Of a DNA stretch of 64,000 bases, positions 27,590 to 35,513 are shown one piece after another. The position numbers and the translations under genes were made by a program. Within the stretch, counting starts at the first letter, position 1. Each line of letters begins with the position of its first letter. Under the pieces are notes generated by a model, which did not search any database, was not told the origin of the DNA, and saw nothing but the letters and a program-made list of their open reading frames with translations. This DNA comes from Acidobacteriaceae bacterium (GTDB lineage Bacteria > Acidobacteriota > Terriglobia > Terriglobales > Acidobacteriaceae): the NCBI GenBank assembly GCA_027364815.1, contig DAHXOQ010000001.1, positions 119-64,118 on the forward strand, in the 5' to 3' direction.

Positions 27590-28930
27590 ATGAACAGAAA
27601 CATTAAGTTTTCTGTGAAAGCTGTTCTATTTTCTAAATTTACGCTCGCATTCAGTTTCGTGCTGGCAGCCTTCTCTTTGAGTTACTTTGCCATGGCGCAG
27701 ACTGACGCCTACATAATTGCACATCAGACACCGATCGTGCTTCACGCCGCACGGCTGCTGGAGATTGAATCCGGCAAACTCTTTCAGCCCGGCGAAGTAC
27801 TTGTCTTAGGTGAACGGATCGTCGCTGTTGGTCAATCCGTTGAGCATCCCAAAGGGATGCAATATTTTGACGTGGGCGATGCGACTCTGATGCCTGGATT
27901 GATTGATGCGCACATCCATCTCTTTCTGCACCCCGGCGCTGAAGACCTGCCACCCGTCGAAGAGTCAGTTCCCTGGCGCACTCTGATTGCCGCGGATGCA
28001 GCGAGAGCCGATCTGATGGCCGGCTTTACTGCCGAGCGCGATATGGGCACAGAGGGTGCTGGTTCTGCCGACACAGCCGTTCGTAACGCTATCAACTCAG
28101 GTTTGATTCTTGGGCCGCGGCTCCGAATCAGCGGCAATGCAATCGATATTATGGGTGGCCACGAAGACGCCAATCGATTTAACCCAGCACAGGCAGTGCT
28201 TTCAAATGCTGACCGCGCCAATTCCGCCGATGAGATCATCGCCGTGATGCGCTCGCAACACAAGGAAGGATCGGATTTTGCAAAGATCTACGAAACCGGC
28301 CATGACAGCATGGTCAATGGCGAACTTCACACGCCTTACCAATACACTGAAGCGCAATTGGCCGCCGCGGTGGAAGAAGCACGACGTTTGAATGCTGTCG
28401 TCGCAGTTCACGCCATGGGCGAGCCTGGAACCCTTTATGCAGCAGAGGCCGGCGTTGCTTCAATTGACCATGCGACTCAATTGAGCGACGAGACGATGCG
28501 GCTGATGAAGGAAAAACACATTCCAGCGGTGCCGACCTTTGCCATATTTGAATATTTCGCTGAGCATGCCACTTCCCCGGAGACCAAGGCGCGCGAAGAA
28601 GCGTTGCTCAAGTTCAAGATTGGCGAGTTCAAAAAGCAGATTGCTGCAGGAATTCCCTTTGCGGTCGGCTCTGATGTGGGCCCTTTCCCGCACGGAACAC
28701 AAGCCCGCGAACTCACGCTGATGGTGCGCTACGGGATGAAACCACTAGCCGCATTGCCGGCGGATTTGATTGAAGGCGCAAAACTACTGGGGTGGGCTGA
28801 TCAGATCGGAACGCTGAAGCCGGGGTACTACGCAGACATCATTGCCGTGCCGGGCAATCCGCTTGAGGATATATCCGTCACTGAACACGTGCGCCTTGTG
28901 ATGAAGAATGGTTCGATTGTACGTCAGTAG
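27590..28930 (+). CDS. metal-dependent amidohydrolase family protein, exported
   Basis: N-terminal hydrophobic signal, LMPGLIDAHIHLF (HxH metal site), and later VHAMG and GSDVG motifs. Confidence 0.8.
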   Translation: MNRNIKFSVKAVLFSKFTLAFSFVLAAFSLSYFAMAQTDAYIIAHQTPIVLHAARLLEIESGKLFQPGEVLVLGERIVAVGQSVEHPKGMQYFDVGDATLMPGLIDAHIHLFLHPGAEDLPPVEESVPWRTLIAADAARADLMAGFTAERDMGTEGAGSADTAVRNAINSGLILGPRLRISGNAIDIMGGHEDANRFNPAQAVLSNADRANSADEIIAVMRSQHKEGSDFAKIYETGHDSMVNGELHTPYQYTEAQLAAAVEEARRLNAVVAVHAMGEPGTLYAAEAGVASIDHATQLSDETMRLMKEKHIPAVPTFAIFEYFAEHATSPETKAREEALLKFKIGEFKKQIAAGIPFAVGSDVGPFPHGTQARELTLMVRYGMKPLAALPADLIEGAKLLGWADQIGTLKPGYYADIIAVPGNPLEDISVTEHVRLVMKNGSIVRQ

Positions 28931-28936
28931 ACAGAA

Positions 28937-30082
28937 TTAAACTGCAACTGTAAAGCTGTCCTCAGTGCGCGTAACAGCGTGATAAAGGGTGTCACGCTCG
29001 ACGGAGACTCGACCGGCTTCTGTAATCAGGCGGCAAAGCTCTTTGCGGGTCATTCCCTGCGGAGTGGTGGCTCCAGCGTCGTGGTAGATCTTCTCTTCAA
29101 TCACTGTGCCATCCAGATCATCTGCGCCAAAACGCAGCGAGATTTGCGCGATCTTGGGCGTCAGCATCTGCCAGTAGGCTTTGATGTGCGGGAAGTTGTC
29201 GAGGATAAGGCGGCTGACTGCGATCTGGCGGATATCGGTGAGGCCAGTTGTGACGGGCAGATGGCTGAGTGGCGTGTTTTCGGGGTGAAAGGCCAGCGGG
29301 ATGAAGGTCTGGAAACCGCCGGTTTCGTCCTGCAGGTTGCGCAGTCGCATCAGGTGGTCAACGCGGTGCTCATCGCTCTCAATGTGGCCGTAGAGCATCG
29401 TCGCATTCGACTTGAAGCCCAGGTTGTGTGCGATACGAGCCGTATCTATCCATTCATTGCCGTCAATTTTGTGGTCACAGATGACGGAACGGATTTCTGT
29501 ATCGAAGATCTCAGCTCCGCCGCCAGGGAGCGAGTCCAAGCCGGAATCACGCAGCTTAATGAGCGTCTCTTCAATGGAAATTTTGGCACGACGGGCGAGG
29601 AAGGAAATCTCCACCATCGTGAAGGCTTTAATGTGGACCTTAGGGAAGCGTTCTTTGAGGCCGGCGATGAGGTCGAGGTAGTATTCGAGGGGCAGATCCG
29701 GGTGCAGACCACCGACGATGTGGAACTCCGTGACGGCCTCGGAGTAGCCTGAAGCCGCTGTGCGCCATGCCTCTTCCAGAGTCATCGTGTAACCGTTTGA
29801 ATCGCCCTTCTTGCGGCCGAAGGCGCAGAGGCGGCATGCTGCCACGCAGACATTGGTGTGATTGATGTGGCGATTCACGTTGAAGTAGGTCAGGTCGCCG
29901 TGAAGGCGCTCGCGAACCGAATTTGCAAGCCAGCCGACTGCAAGCACATCCGTGGTGCGATAAAGCAGAACACCTTCGTCAAAAGAAAGCCGCTTTTCAG
30001 CCAAGACTTTTTCAGCGATGGGTTCAAGACGAGGATCGTGTGTGCGAAAGCTGGAGAATAAATTTGGTTTGCTGTCGGCCAT
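28937..30082 (-). CDS. mqnE: radical SAM menaquinone (futalosine pathway) enzyme, aminofutalosine synthase-like
   Basis: Motifs NVNRHINHTNVCVAACRLCAF (CxxxCxxC), HIVGGLHPD, KAFTMVEI, PGGGAEIF, ATMLYGHIE, QDETGGFQTFIPLAFHP. The choice of MqnE over MqnC rests on remembered family patterns only. Confidence 0.7.
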   Translation of the reverse strand: MADSKPNLFSSFRTHDPRLEPIAEKVLAEKRLSFDEGVLLYRTTDVLAVGWLANSVRERLHGDLTYFNVNRHINHTNVCVAACRLCAFGRKKGDSNGYTMTLEEAWRTAASGYSEAVTEFHIVGGLHPDLPLEYYLDLIAGLKERFPKVHIKAFTMVEISFLARRAKISIEETLIKLRDSGLDSLPGGGAEIFDTEIRSVICDHKIDGNEWIDTARIAHNLGFKSNATMLYGHIESDEHRVDHLMRLRNLQDETGGFQTFIPLAFHPENTPLSHLPVTTGLTDIRQIAVSRLILDNFPHIKAYWQMLTPKIAQISLRFGADDLDGTVIEEKIYHDAGATTPQGMTRKELCRLITEAGRVSVERDTLYHAVTRTEDSFTVAV

Positions 30083-30146
30083 AATTCCATTCTAGTTCAA
30101 GCTTAGAGCCATTTCAGGATCGAAGGCGAAAATACGGTGAACTATA

Positions 30147-30160
30147 GGGGGGGGAGGGGG
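30147..30160. repeat. homopolymeric tract G8-A-G5 (C-tract on the mqnE coding strand)
   Basis: ggggggggaggggg read directly. It abuts a TATAGT (minus strand, 30141-30146) -10-like hexamer. Confidence 0.8.
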
Positions 30161-30166
30161 AGTCGG

Positions 30167-30198
30167 CTGTGAAACTGTGCAACTGTGAAACTGTGAAC
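30167..30198. repeat. four tandem 8-bp units CTGTGAAA/CTGTGCAA/CTGTGAAA/CTGTGAAC upstream of mqnE
   Basis: Read directly. On the mqnE strand it is GTTCACAG TTTCACAG TTGCACAG TTTCACAG. Confidence 0.85.
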
Positions 30199-30264
30199 AA
30201 GCAAGTTCATCTTGTATCTCTTCATTGTGCATGAACCCGGGAAATAATCTGCAGAAAAGGAAAA

Positions 30265-30285
30265 GCCGGGGAAAGAATCCCCGGC
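30265..30285 (-). terminator. intrinsic terminator of the BNR-repeat gene
   Basis: GCCGGGG-aaagaat-CCCCGGC. On the minus strand it is followed by ttttcctttt. Confidence 0.7.
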
Positions 30286-30305
30286 CCTTTTAAAAGATGC
30301 ACTAG

Positions 30306-32330
30306 TTACTTGGCTGTTGGAACTGATGCGTCGACCTTGGGCCCCTGCAAGACGCCATCAAAGAGCGAGGCGGCAATGAGTTGGCCATTGCTGGCGCGGA
30401 TCAAATGCAAGCGGTAGCCGCTTTTGTACAGTTGCCATTCTTTGGTGTCCGGATCGATAGCGTAGACGTGGTCACTGGTGCGTGAACTGAAGAGAACACG
30501 ATTCAGGCCAGCGTCGTAGAATACGTCGTCAATACCACGGAGCGGGAAGCGTGAGAAGGCCATCCAGCTCTGATCCTTGGTGTTGAAGAAGAAGACGCCA
30601 TCACGTGAGCCAACCCAGAGAACGCCATTGGGCGAGAAAGAAATTCTGCGCAGAACAGAAAGGGTTGGAGGCAGTGTGACTGCGGTCCAGGTTGCCCCAG
30701 CGTCATTGGAGACGGCCAGCGCGACATCGTTGGCAACAGCCATGGTTGAGCCATTGACAGCTGCAGTTTTGAAGTCATTGCTGGTTAGACCCTGGCCTCC
30801 CTGCCAGCTCACTCCCTTATCCCTGCTGACGAAAACACCGGAAGAAGTAGTTGCAAGCCAAACGGGGGCTGAAAAATCAAGTGCAAAAACACGGCCATCA
30901 ATTTGTTTCGAAGGCAGGTTTACAGTTTGAGTTTTGGTGATTTTCTTGCCGTTTTTAACTGTGACAATGGACTTGGTAAAGGTGTTCTTAACTGATCCTG
31001 CCGGCTTCCAGGTGGAATTGCTGTTCAAATTTTGAGCTGCAAGACTGAAAATGCCATGCGTAGTACCGGCAAAGATTGTTCCGTCAACGCCTTGAGCCAG
31101 GGAGAATACATCATATTCATTGAGCCCATTGGGAAGTTGCATCCAATTCTTCCCGTTATCTTTGGAGAAGAAGACGCCGCCAAAGTTCTTGTCATTGGCA
31201 ACACCGACAAAGATGCCTTCAACCGGTGCATGTGAAACCAGCATCGCTTCAACCTTGCGTTGCGAGAATCCGCCATTCGATTGTTCAAATGTAGCGCCGG
31301 CATTGTTGCTCACTAATACACCGGAGCGGTCTGTGGCAAGCATTACGCGGTTGTGGTCTTTTGGGCTGACGTAGATACCGTTGACAATCACTTCAGACGA
31401 AGTCATGAGCTTGAAGTTTTTGCCACCATCGGTAGTCTTGTACAAACCCTCAGTGGTGCCGGCATAGACTGTATCGTGGTCAATTGGATCCTGCATCAGT
31501 ACGCGGGTGCGTCTCGCGGTTGCAGGGATGCCCTGAATTTTTTTGTAGAGCGCACCGCCATTTTCGGATTTGTAAATACCGCTGCACGCGCTGGTATAAA
31601 CGATATCGGTATTGTTGGGATCAATGATGATGGAAAAAACATCCGAATCATCAATGAGGCCCTGCTTGATGCTGTTCCATGTAATTCCGCCATCAGTTGT
31701 CTTCCAGGGCAGATGCCATGTGCCAGCGTATACGATGGCGGGATTCTTGGGATCAACGGCGAGCGATTGAACTTCGTGAATCTCGGAGCTGCCTGCCGGA
31801 CTGATCTGCGCCCAGTTTTTTCCATAGTCGTTGCTGCGATAGACACCTTTAAGGGTACCCACGTAGATGCGTGCAGGATCCGAGGCAGCCTGAGTCAGTG
31901 AGCGCACGGATTGCCCTTCCATTGAGGGAACCTTGACCCACTTGGCGCCACCATCATAGCTGATCCACAGGCCGCCGCTGGTGCCATCCAACTTCCATCC
32001 GCCAACGTAGATTGTTTTTTTGCGCTCGGAATCAATCAGGATGCGGTCAATGATCAGGTCGTCTGAAGGCTCGATCTTGGCAAGGCGGTTCCAGGTTGCT
32101 CCGCCATCTTTCGATTCGTAGACCCAGCTGTTTGTGGTTCCAATAAAAAGATGCGAAGGGTCGCCCGGCACGCCGGCAATCGAACGCACGTCGCCGCCAT
32201 CAGGACCGATGACCGACCATGGTTGTGAAGATTGTGCAGCGCCCATTTTTACAAACAAAAGGGCAGTGAACAAAATTGCAAGACTGGCGTATTGAAATGC
32301 AGAAATTACAGGTTTGTGCGACAGCTTCAT
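30306..32330 (-). CDS. secreted BNR/Asp-box repeat beta-propeller protein (Ycf48/sortilin-VPS10-like)
   Basis: N-terminal signal/anchor and about 10 Asp-box-like SxDxGxTW units (SKDGGATW, YDGGAKW, SNDYGKNW, TTDGGITW, TTDGGKNF, SKDNGKNW, SRDKGVSW, SNDAGATW). Confidence 0.75.
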   Translation of the reverse strand: MKLSHKPVISAFQYASLAILFTALLFVKMGAAQSSQPWSVIGPDGGDVRSIAGVPGDPSHLFIGTTNSWVYESKDGGATWNRLAKIEPSDDLIIDRILIDSERKKTIYVGGWKLDGTSGGLWISYDGGAKWVKVPSMEGQSVRSLTQAASDPARIYVGTLKGVYRSNDYGKNWAQISPAGSSEIHEVQSLAVDPKNPAIVYAGTWHLPWKTTDGGITWNSIKQGLIDDSDVFSIIIDPNNTDIVYTSACSGIYKSENGGALYKKIQGIPATARRTRVLMQDPIDHDTVYAGTTEGLYKTTDGGKNFKLMTSSEVIVNGIYVSPKDHNRVMLATDRSGVLVSNNAGATFEQSNGGFSQRKVEAMLVSHAPVEGIFVGVANDKNFGGVFFSKDNGKNWMQLPNGLNEYDVFSLAQGVDGTIFAGTTHGIFSLAAQNLNSNSTWKPAGSVKNTFTKSIVTVKNGKKITKTQTVNLPSKQIDGRVFALDFSAPVWLATTSSGVFVSRDKGVSWQGGQGLTSNDFKTAAVNGSTMAVANDVALAVSNDAGATWTAVTLPPTLSVLRRISFSPNGVLWVGSRDGVFFFNTKDQSWMAFSRFPLRGIDDVFYDAGLNRVLFSSRTSDHVYAIDPDTKEWQLYKSGYRLHLIRASNGQLIAASLFDGVLQGPKVDASVPTAK

Positions 32331-32643
32331 GGAGCATCCCTCGAATCATTGAATTTGATTTTTGTGCACTTTTGATACGGTTAACGGACTGTTGAGTTGA
32401 ATCTCGCGGACAGGTTGCGTGGCCACTGAAGCAACTTGTTTACACCTTTACAAATCAGCTCGGTAATTGCATTTGCACAAAAAATTCGAACACAAAGAGC
32501 CTACGCGCGCACAGTAAAAAGTGCGGCATGTACCCCTGCGGTCAATGTTACAGGAGTAATTGTTGATTGACATCAAAAAACAATAGATGTCCGGGAGGAG
32601 AATTATTCGAACGTAATAGTTTGACGCTAATGGGGCAAATAAG

Positions 32644-32670
32644 AAAGGCCCTGCTTTTCGCAGGGCCTTT
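32644..32670 (-). terminator. intrinsic terminator of the OmpA-like gene
   Basis: AAAGGCCCTGC-ttttc-GCAGGGCCTTT, an 11-bp stem about 25 nt beyond the stop codon. Confidence 0.7.
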
Positions 32671-32695
32671 CAGTCTGTGAACTAACTACAGAGTA

Positions 32696-34408
32696 TTACT
32701 TGGCTGCAGGAGCTGCCTTCTTCTTGGAGGCGGTCTTCTTTTCCTTGGCAGCCGCCAAAGCAGCAGCGTGAGCCTGAGCGCGTGTACGTGATTGCGGCTT
32801 GACCTTGGTCTCATCAACCGGCTTTGTGCCTGTTGAATCGTAGGTGGCGCCGGCAGGAACCAGAATGCTCCGTGCCATCTGTGCATCGCCTGAATCCGTG
32901 GCGACCGAGATACGCGAAGGATCAATCTGCTTGTCTTCAACAAGGTAAGCCTTGGTGTTGACGGCACGCTGAGCAGCATGGTCAACCCCAACCTTTGCCT
33001 TCTTGCCCGCTGCATTCAAACCCTTCTCGGAAGCATTCTCTTCGCCAATAACAACAACCTTGGCGTCGGGCTGCTTTTGGAGGTTCAAGGCAACGTCATC
33101 AAGGCAACCCTTGGCTTCATTGTCCACACGGTCAATCGGCTGAGTCTTCTTGCCGAATGTGATCGAGCAGAGCTCAGAGGTCTTGGGCACTGGAGGAACG
33201 TACGGAGCCGCAACCGTGACAGAGGTGTTCGCTGAAGCTGAGTGGCCCTTGTCATCTGAGACACTGCAAGTGATGTTGATGGTGTCGATCGGTGTTCCCT
33301 CTGTAGCTGTGAAGGTCGCCGTGTTGCCAGAGCCCTGGATTGAACCAGCAGCTGCGGAGTAAGTGATCTTCAGAGGACGGCCCTGCGGGCTGGATGCATT
33401 GGAAGTAATGGTGCTCGAATCACCCGGCTTGATCGTTGAAGGATTGGCGGAGCAAGTAATTGTCGGAGGATCAAAATCCTTAACGACGAAGGCGTTTGTT
33501 GTGCAATCAGCCGACATCCAAGGCTTGATGCCTTCCGTTGCATGTCCCTTGACGGTGTAGCTACCGGGGGCCAGCGTTGCGGTGTCAACCTTGGCATTTG
33601 CGCCATCGCCCGTAACATTGGTGCCTGTCCAGGTGTAAGTCGCAGTAAGCTTGGGATTGAGCGCGCCAGCAGTACCCGTGATGATTACGTCAGTGCCAGG
33701 ATAGACGGACTCGGGAGCAGCCTTACAGGTCAAAGTGACCGGCGGAGGAGGCTTGAGACCACCAATATGGTAAACGAGTCCCGCGCTGAGTTGATTCAAC
33801 TTCGGGTTTGCACGTCCACCAAATACGCCTGCACCGTAGTTAACGTGCGTATAGGAGTAGTCATACTGAAAAAGACGCAGTGCAAGATGGTGATTGAAGA
33901 AAGGTGTGGCATAATCCATGCCGCCGCCGATTCCAATCGATGGGCCCCATTTGTAGGACTGCACCTGGTAGAACGGGCCATTCACTCTGTCAGCGCCAAC
34001 GAGGATATGGATGAAAGGCGTAATTTCTTCGCTGGGAAAGCGCCAGACCAAGCCACCGTTCAAATTGTAGAAACCGTCGTTAATCGTGTTGGATTCCGGA
34101 TGCATGCTGTAATCCAATTCCACGCCGACGTTTTTGTTGAAGTAGCGGGTCGCACTGACAATTGCACCGTAGTTAATGGAATTGAAAGTGTAAGATGCAG
34201 TGGTGCCATTGCCCTGCAGTACATTCACGGATCCGATGGGCGCCAGATAACTGTAGCCTGCGAAGATATCCCAGCGTGAGAGTGTGTCGTCGGTAGCAGC
34301 CTTATGAGCAGGCTTTGCCGCATCCTGCGCTGACAAAGCGACGGGGACCAGCGCTACTAAAGCCAGAAGAGCGATCCGGCTTGCAGATTTGAGTACACGA
34401 GAGTACAT
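32696..34408 (-). CDS. outer-membrane protein: N-terminal beta-barrel, two Ig-like modules, OmpA-like peptidoglycan-binding domain, Lys/Ala-rich tail
   Basis: Signal peptide MYSRVLKSASRIALLALVALVPVALSA and an OMP barrel-like segment (WDIFAGYSY..). Two repeats start PPP(V/I)T(L/C). An OmpA-C-like segment follows (DNEAKGCLDDVALNL..VVVIGE..AAQRAVNTKAYLV), then the tail ..AAKEKKTASKKKAAPAAK. Trimmed to ATG 34408, which has GGAGGA upstream. Confidence 0.7.
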   Translation of the reverse strand: MYSRVLKSASRIALLALVALVPVALSAQDAAKPAHKAATDDTLSRWDIFAGYSYLAPIGSVNVLQGNGTTASYTFNSINYGAIVSATRYFNKNVGVELDYSMHPESNTINDGFYNLNGGLVWRFPSEEITPFIHILVGADRVNGPFYQVQSYKWGPSIGIGGGMDYATPFFNHHLALRLFQYDYSYTHVNYGAGVFGGRANPKLNQLSAGLVYHIGGLKPPPPVTLTCKAAPESVYPGTDVIITGTAGALNPKLTATYTWTGTNVTGDGANAKVDTATLAPGSYTVKGHATEGIKPWMSADCTTNAFVVKDFDPPTITCSANPSTIKPGDSSTITSNASSPQGRPLKITYSAAAGSIQGSGNTATFTATEGTPIDTINITCSVSDDKGHSASANTSVTVAAPYVPPVPKTSELCSITFGKKTQPIDRVDNEAKGCLDDVALNLQKQPDAKVVVIGEENASEKGLNAAGKKAKVGVDHAAQRAVNTKAYLVEDKQIDPSRISVATDSGDAQMARSILVPAGATYDSTGTKPVDETKVKPQSRTRAQAHAAALAAAKEKKTASKKKAAPAAK

Positions 34409-34703
34409 GCGTTTCTCCTCCAAAACTATTTCCTTTTGATTAAACGAAAATACACCCGGCGCACGAGACGCCGCGCTGGTTTCTGAACTTTTTTGAGCCT
34501 TCATTCAGGAACTCTGATACAGCATATTAAAGGTACCACAGCATTTACGAAAGTAAACAAATTTTCAACGAGTTGAACGAAATTAGCTGGGACGTACCAG
34601 AAAAGTACCACGTGTATTACCAAAGTAATGCACTTATCCACAGACCACTAGCAATCTAAACGGGTTAATCCGCTCTAATCGTCAAAAATTGTGCTTTTTC
34701 CTC

Positions 34704-35279
34704 TTAACTGATGTTCAGCGTTTTGACAAGTGAACGAGGCTCACGTTGAATCTTTTCCTGAAGTAATGTGATGGCATATATCAATTGCTCAGGACGTGGC
34801 GGGCAGCCTGGTACATAGACATCAACGGGGATAATTTGATTAACACCTTGCACCAAAGCGTAGTTATTGAAAACGCCGCCGGAGGTAGCACAAGCGCCCA
34901 TGGAAATCACCCATTTGGGCTCAGGCATCTGGTCATAAAGCCGTCTAATAACCGGAGCCATTTTTTGTGAGACACGGCCCGCGATGATCATCAGGTCAGA
35001 TTGCCGAGGCGAGGGCCTGAAAACCTCCGCGCCAAAGCGGGCAATATCGTATCGAGAGGCACCCATCGACATCATTTCAATGGCGCAGCATGCAAGTCCG
35101 AAAGTCATCGGCCAGATAGAGCTTTTGCGCACCCAGTTGATGGCAAAATCCACCGAGGTCAAAATGATTCCCTCGGGCTGTTCGTAGCCGTAATCGGCTT
35201 CCTGAATCTTGGCTCGATTGGCGGCGCTGCTCTCGAGAGAGCCAAAAAGGTAGCGATCCTTCTCAACATTTTGAGGCAT
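34704..35279 (-). CDS. nuoB: NADH-quinone oxidoreductase subunit B (NuoB / NiFe-hydrogenase small-subunit-like), standing alone
   Basis: All four N2-cluster Cys contexts are present: [29 protein letters not shown]. No other nuo gene flanks it. Confidence 0.85.
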   Translation of the reverse strand: MPQNVEKDRYLFGSLESSAANRAKIQEADYGYEQPEGIILTSVDFAINWVRKSSIWPMTFGLACCAIEMMSMGASRYDIARFGAEVFRPSPRQSDLMIIAGRVSQKMAPVIRRLYDQMPEPKWVISMGACATSGGVFNNYALVQGVNQIIPVDVYVPGCPPRPEQLIYAITLLQEKIQREPRSLVKTLNIS

Positions 35280-35513
35280 AAGAACACTATACCCTGTCCC
35301 GGCGCTTGCGTTCTGTGACTGCGCGCGAGAAAATTAAAGTACAGTAAAAGTAGCCGGTCCATCTGGAAAAATCAGATTGCAACGTGGGTAGCGAGAGCTG
35401 AAGATGAATCATTGTCATCGTTTCAGCCTAATCAGCGACCAGTGGCTGAAGTGTATTCAATTGCAGGAATGAATCTTACGTACGCACAAAGTCCTTATCT
35501 GGAGTTGTTTTTC

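Noticed and set aside
30147-30160. G-quadruplex formed by the G8AG5 tract
   Set aside because: Only two G-runs are available locally and four are needed for an intramolecular quadruplex. Slipped-strand or promoter-spacer effects are the more defensible reading.
30167-30198. Tandem 8-mers as a CRISPR-like array
   Set aside because: The units are contiguous with no spacers, only 8 bp long, and no cas genes are present.
35364-35381. Sigma-54-like TGGaaaaatcagaTTGCA upstream of amtB-glnK
   Set aside because: The GG-to-GC spacing is 12 nt instead of the strict 10 nt of -24/-12 promoters, and the CAC of the -24 element is missing.
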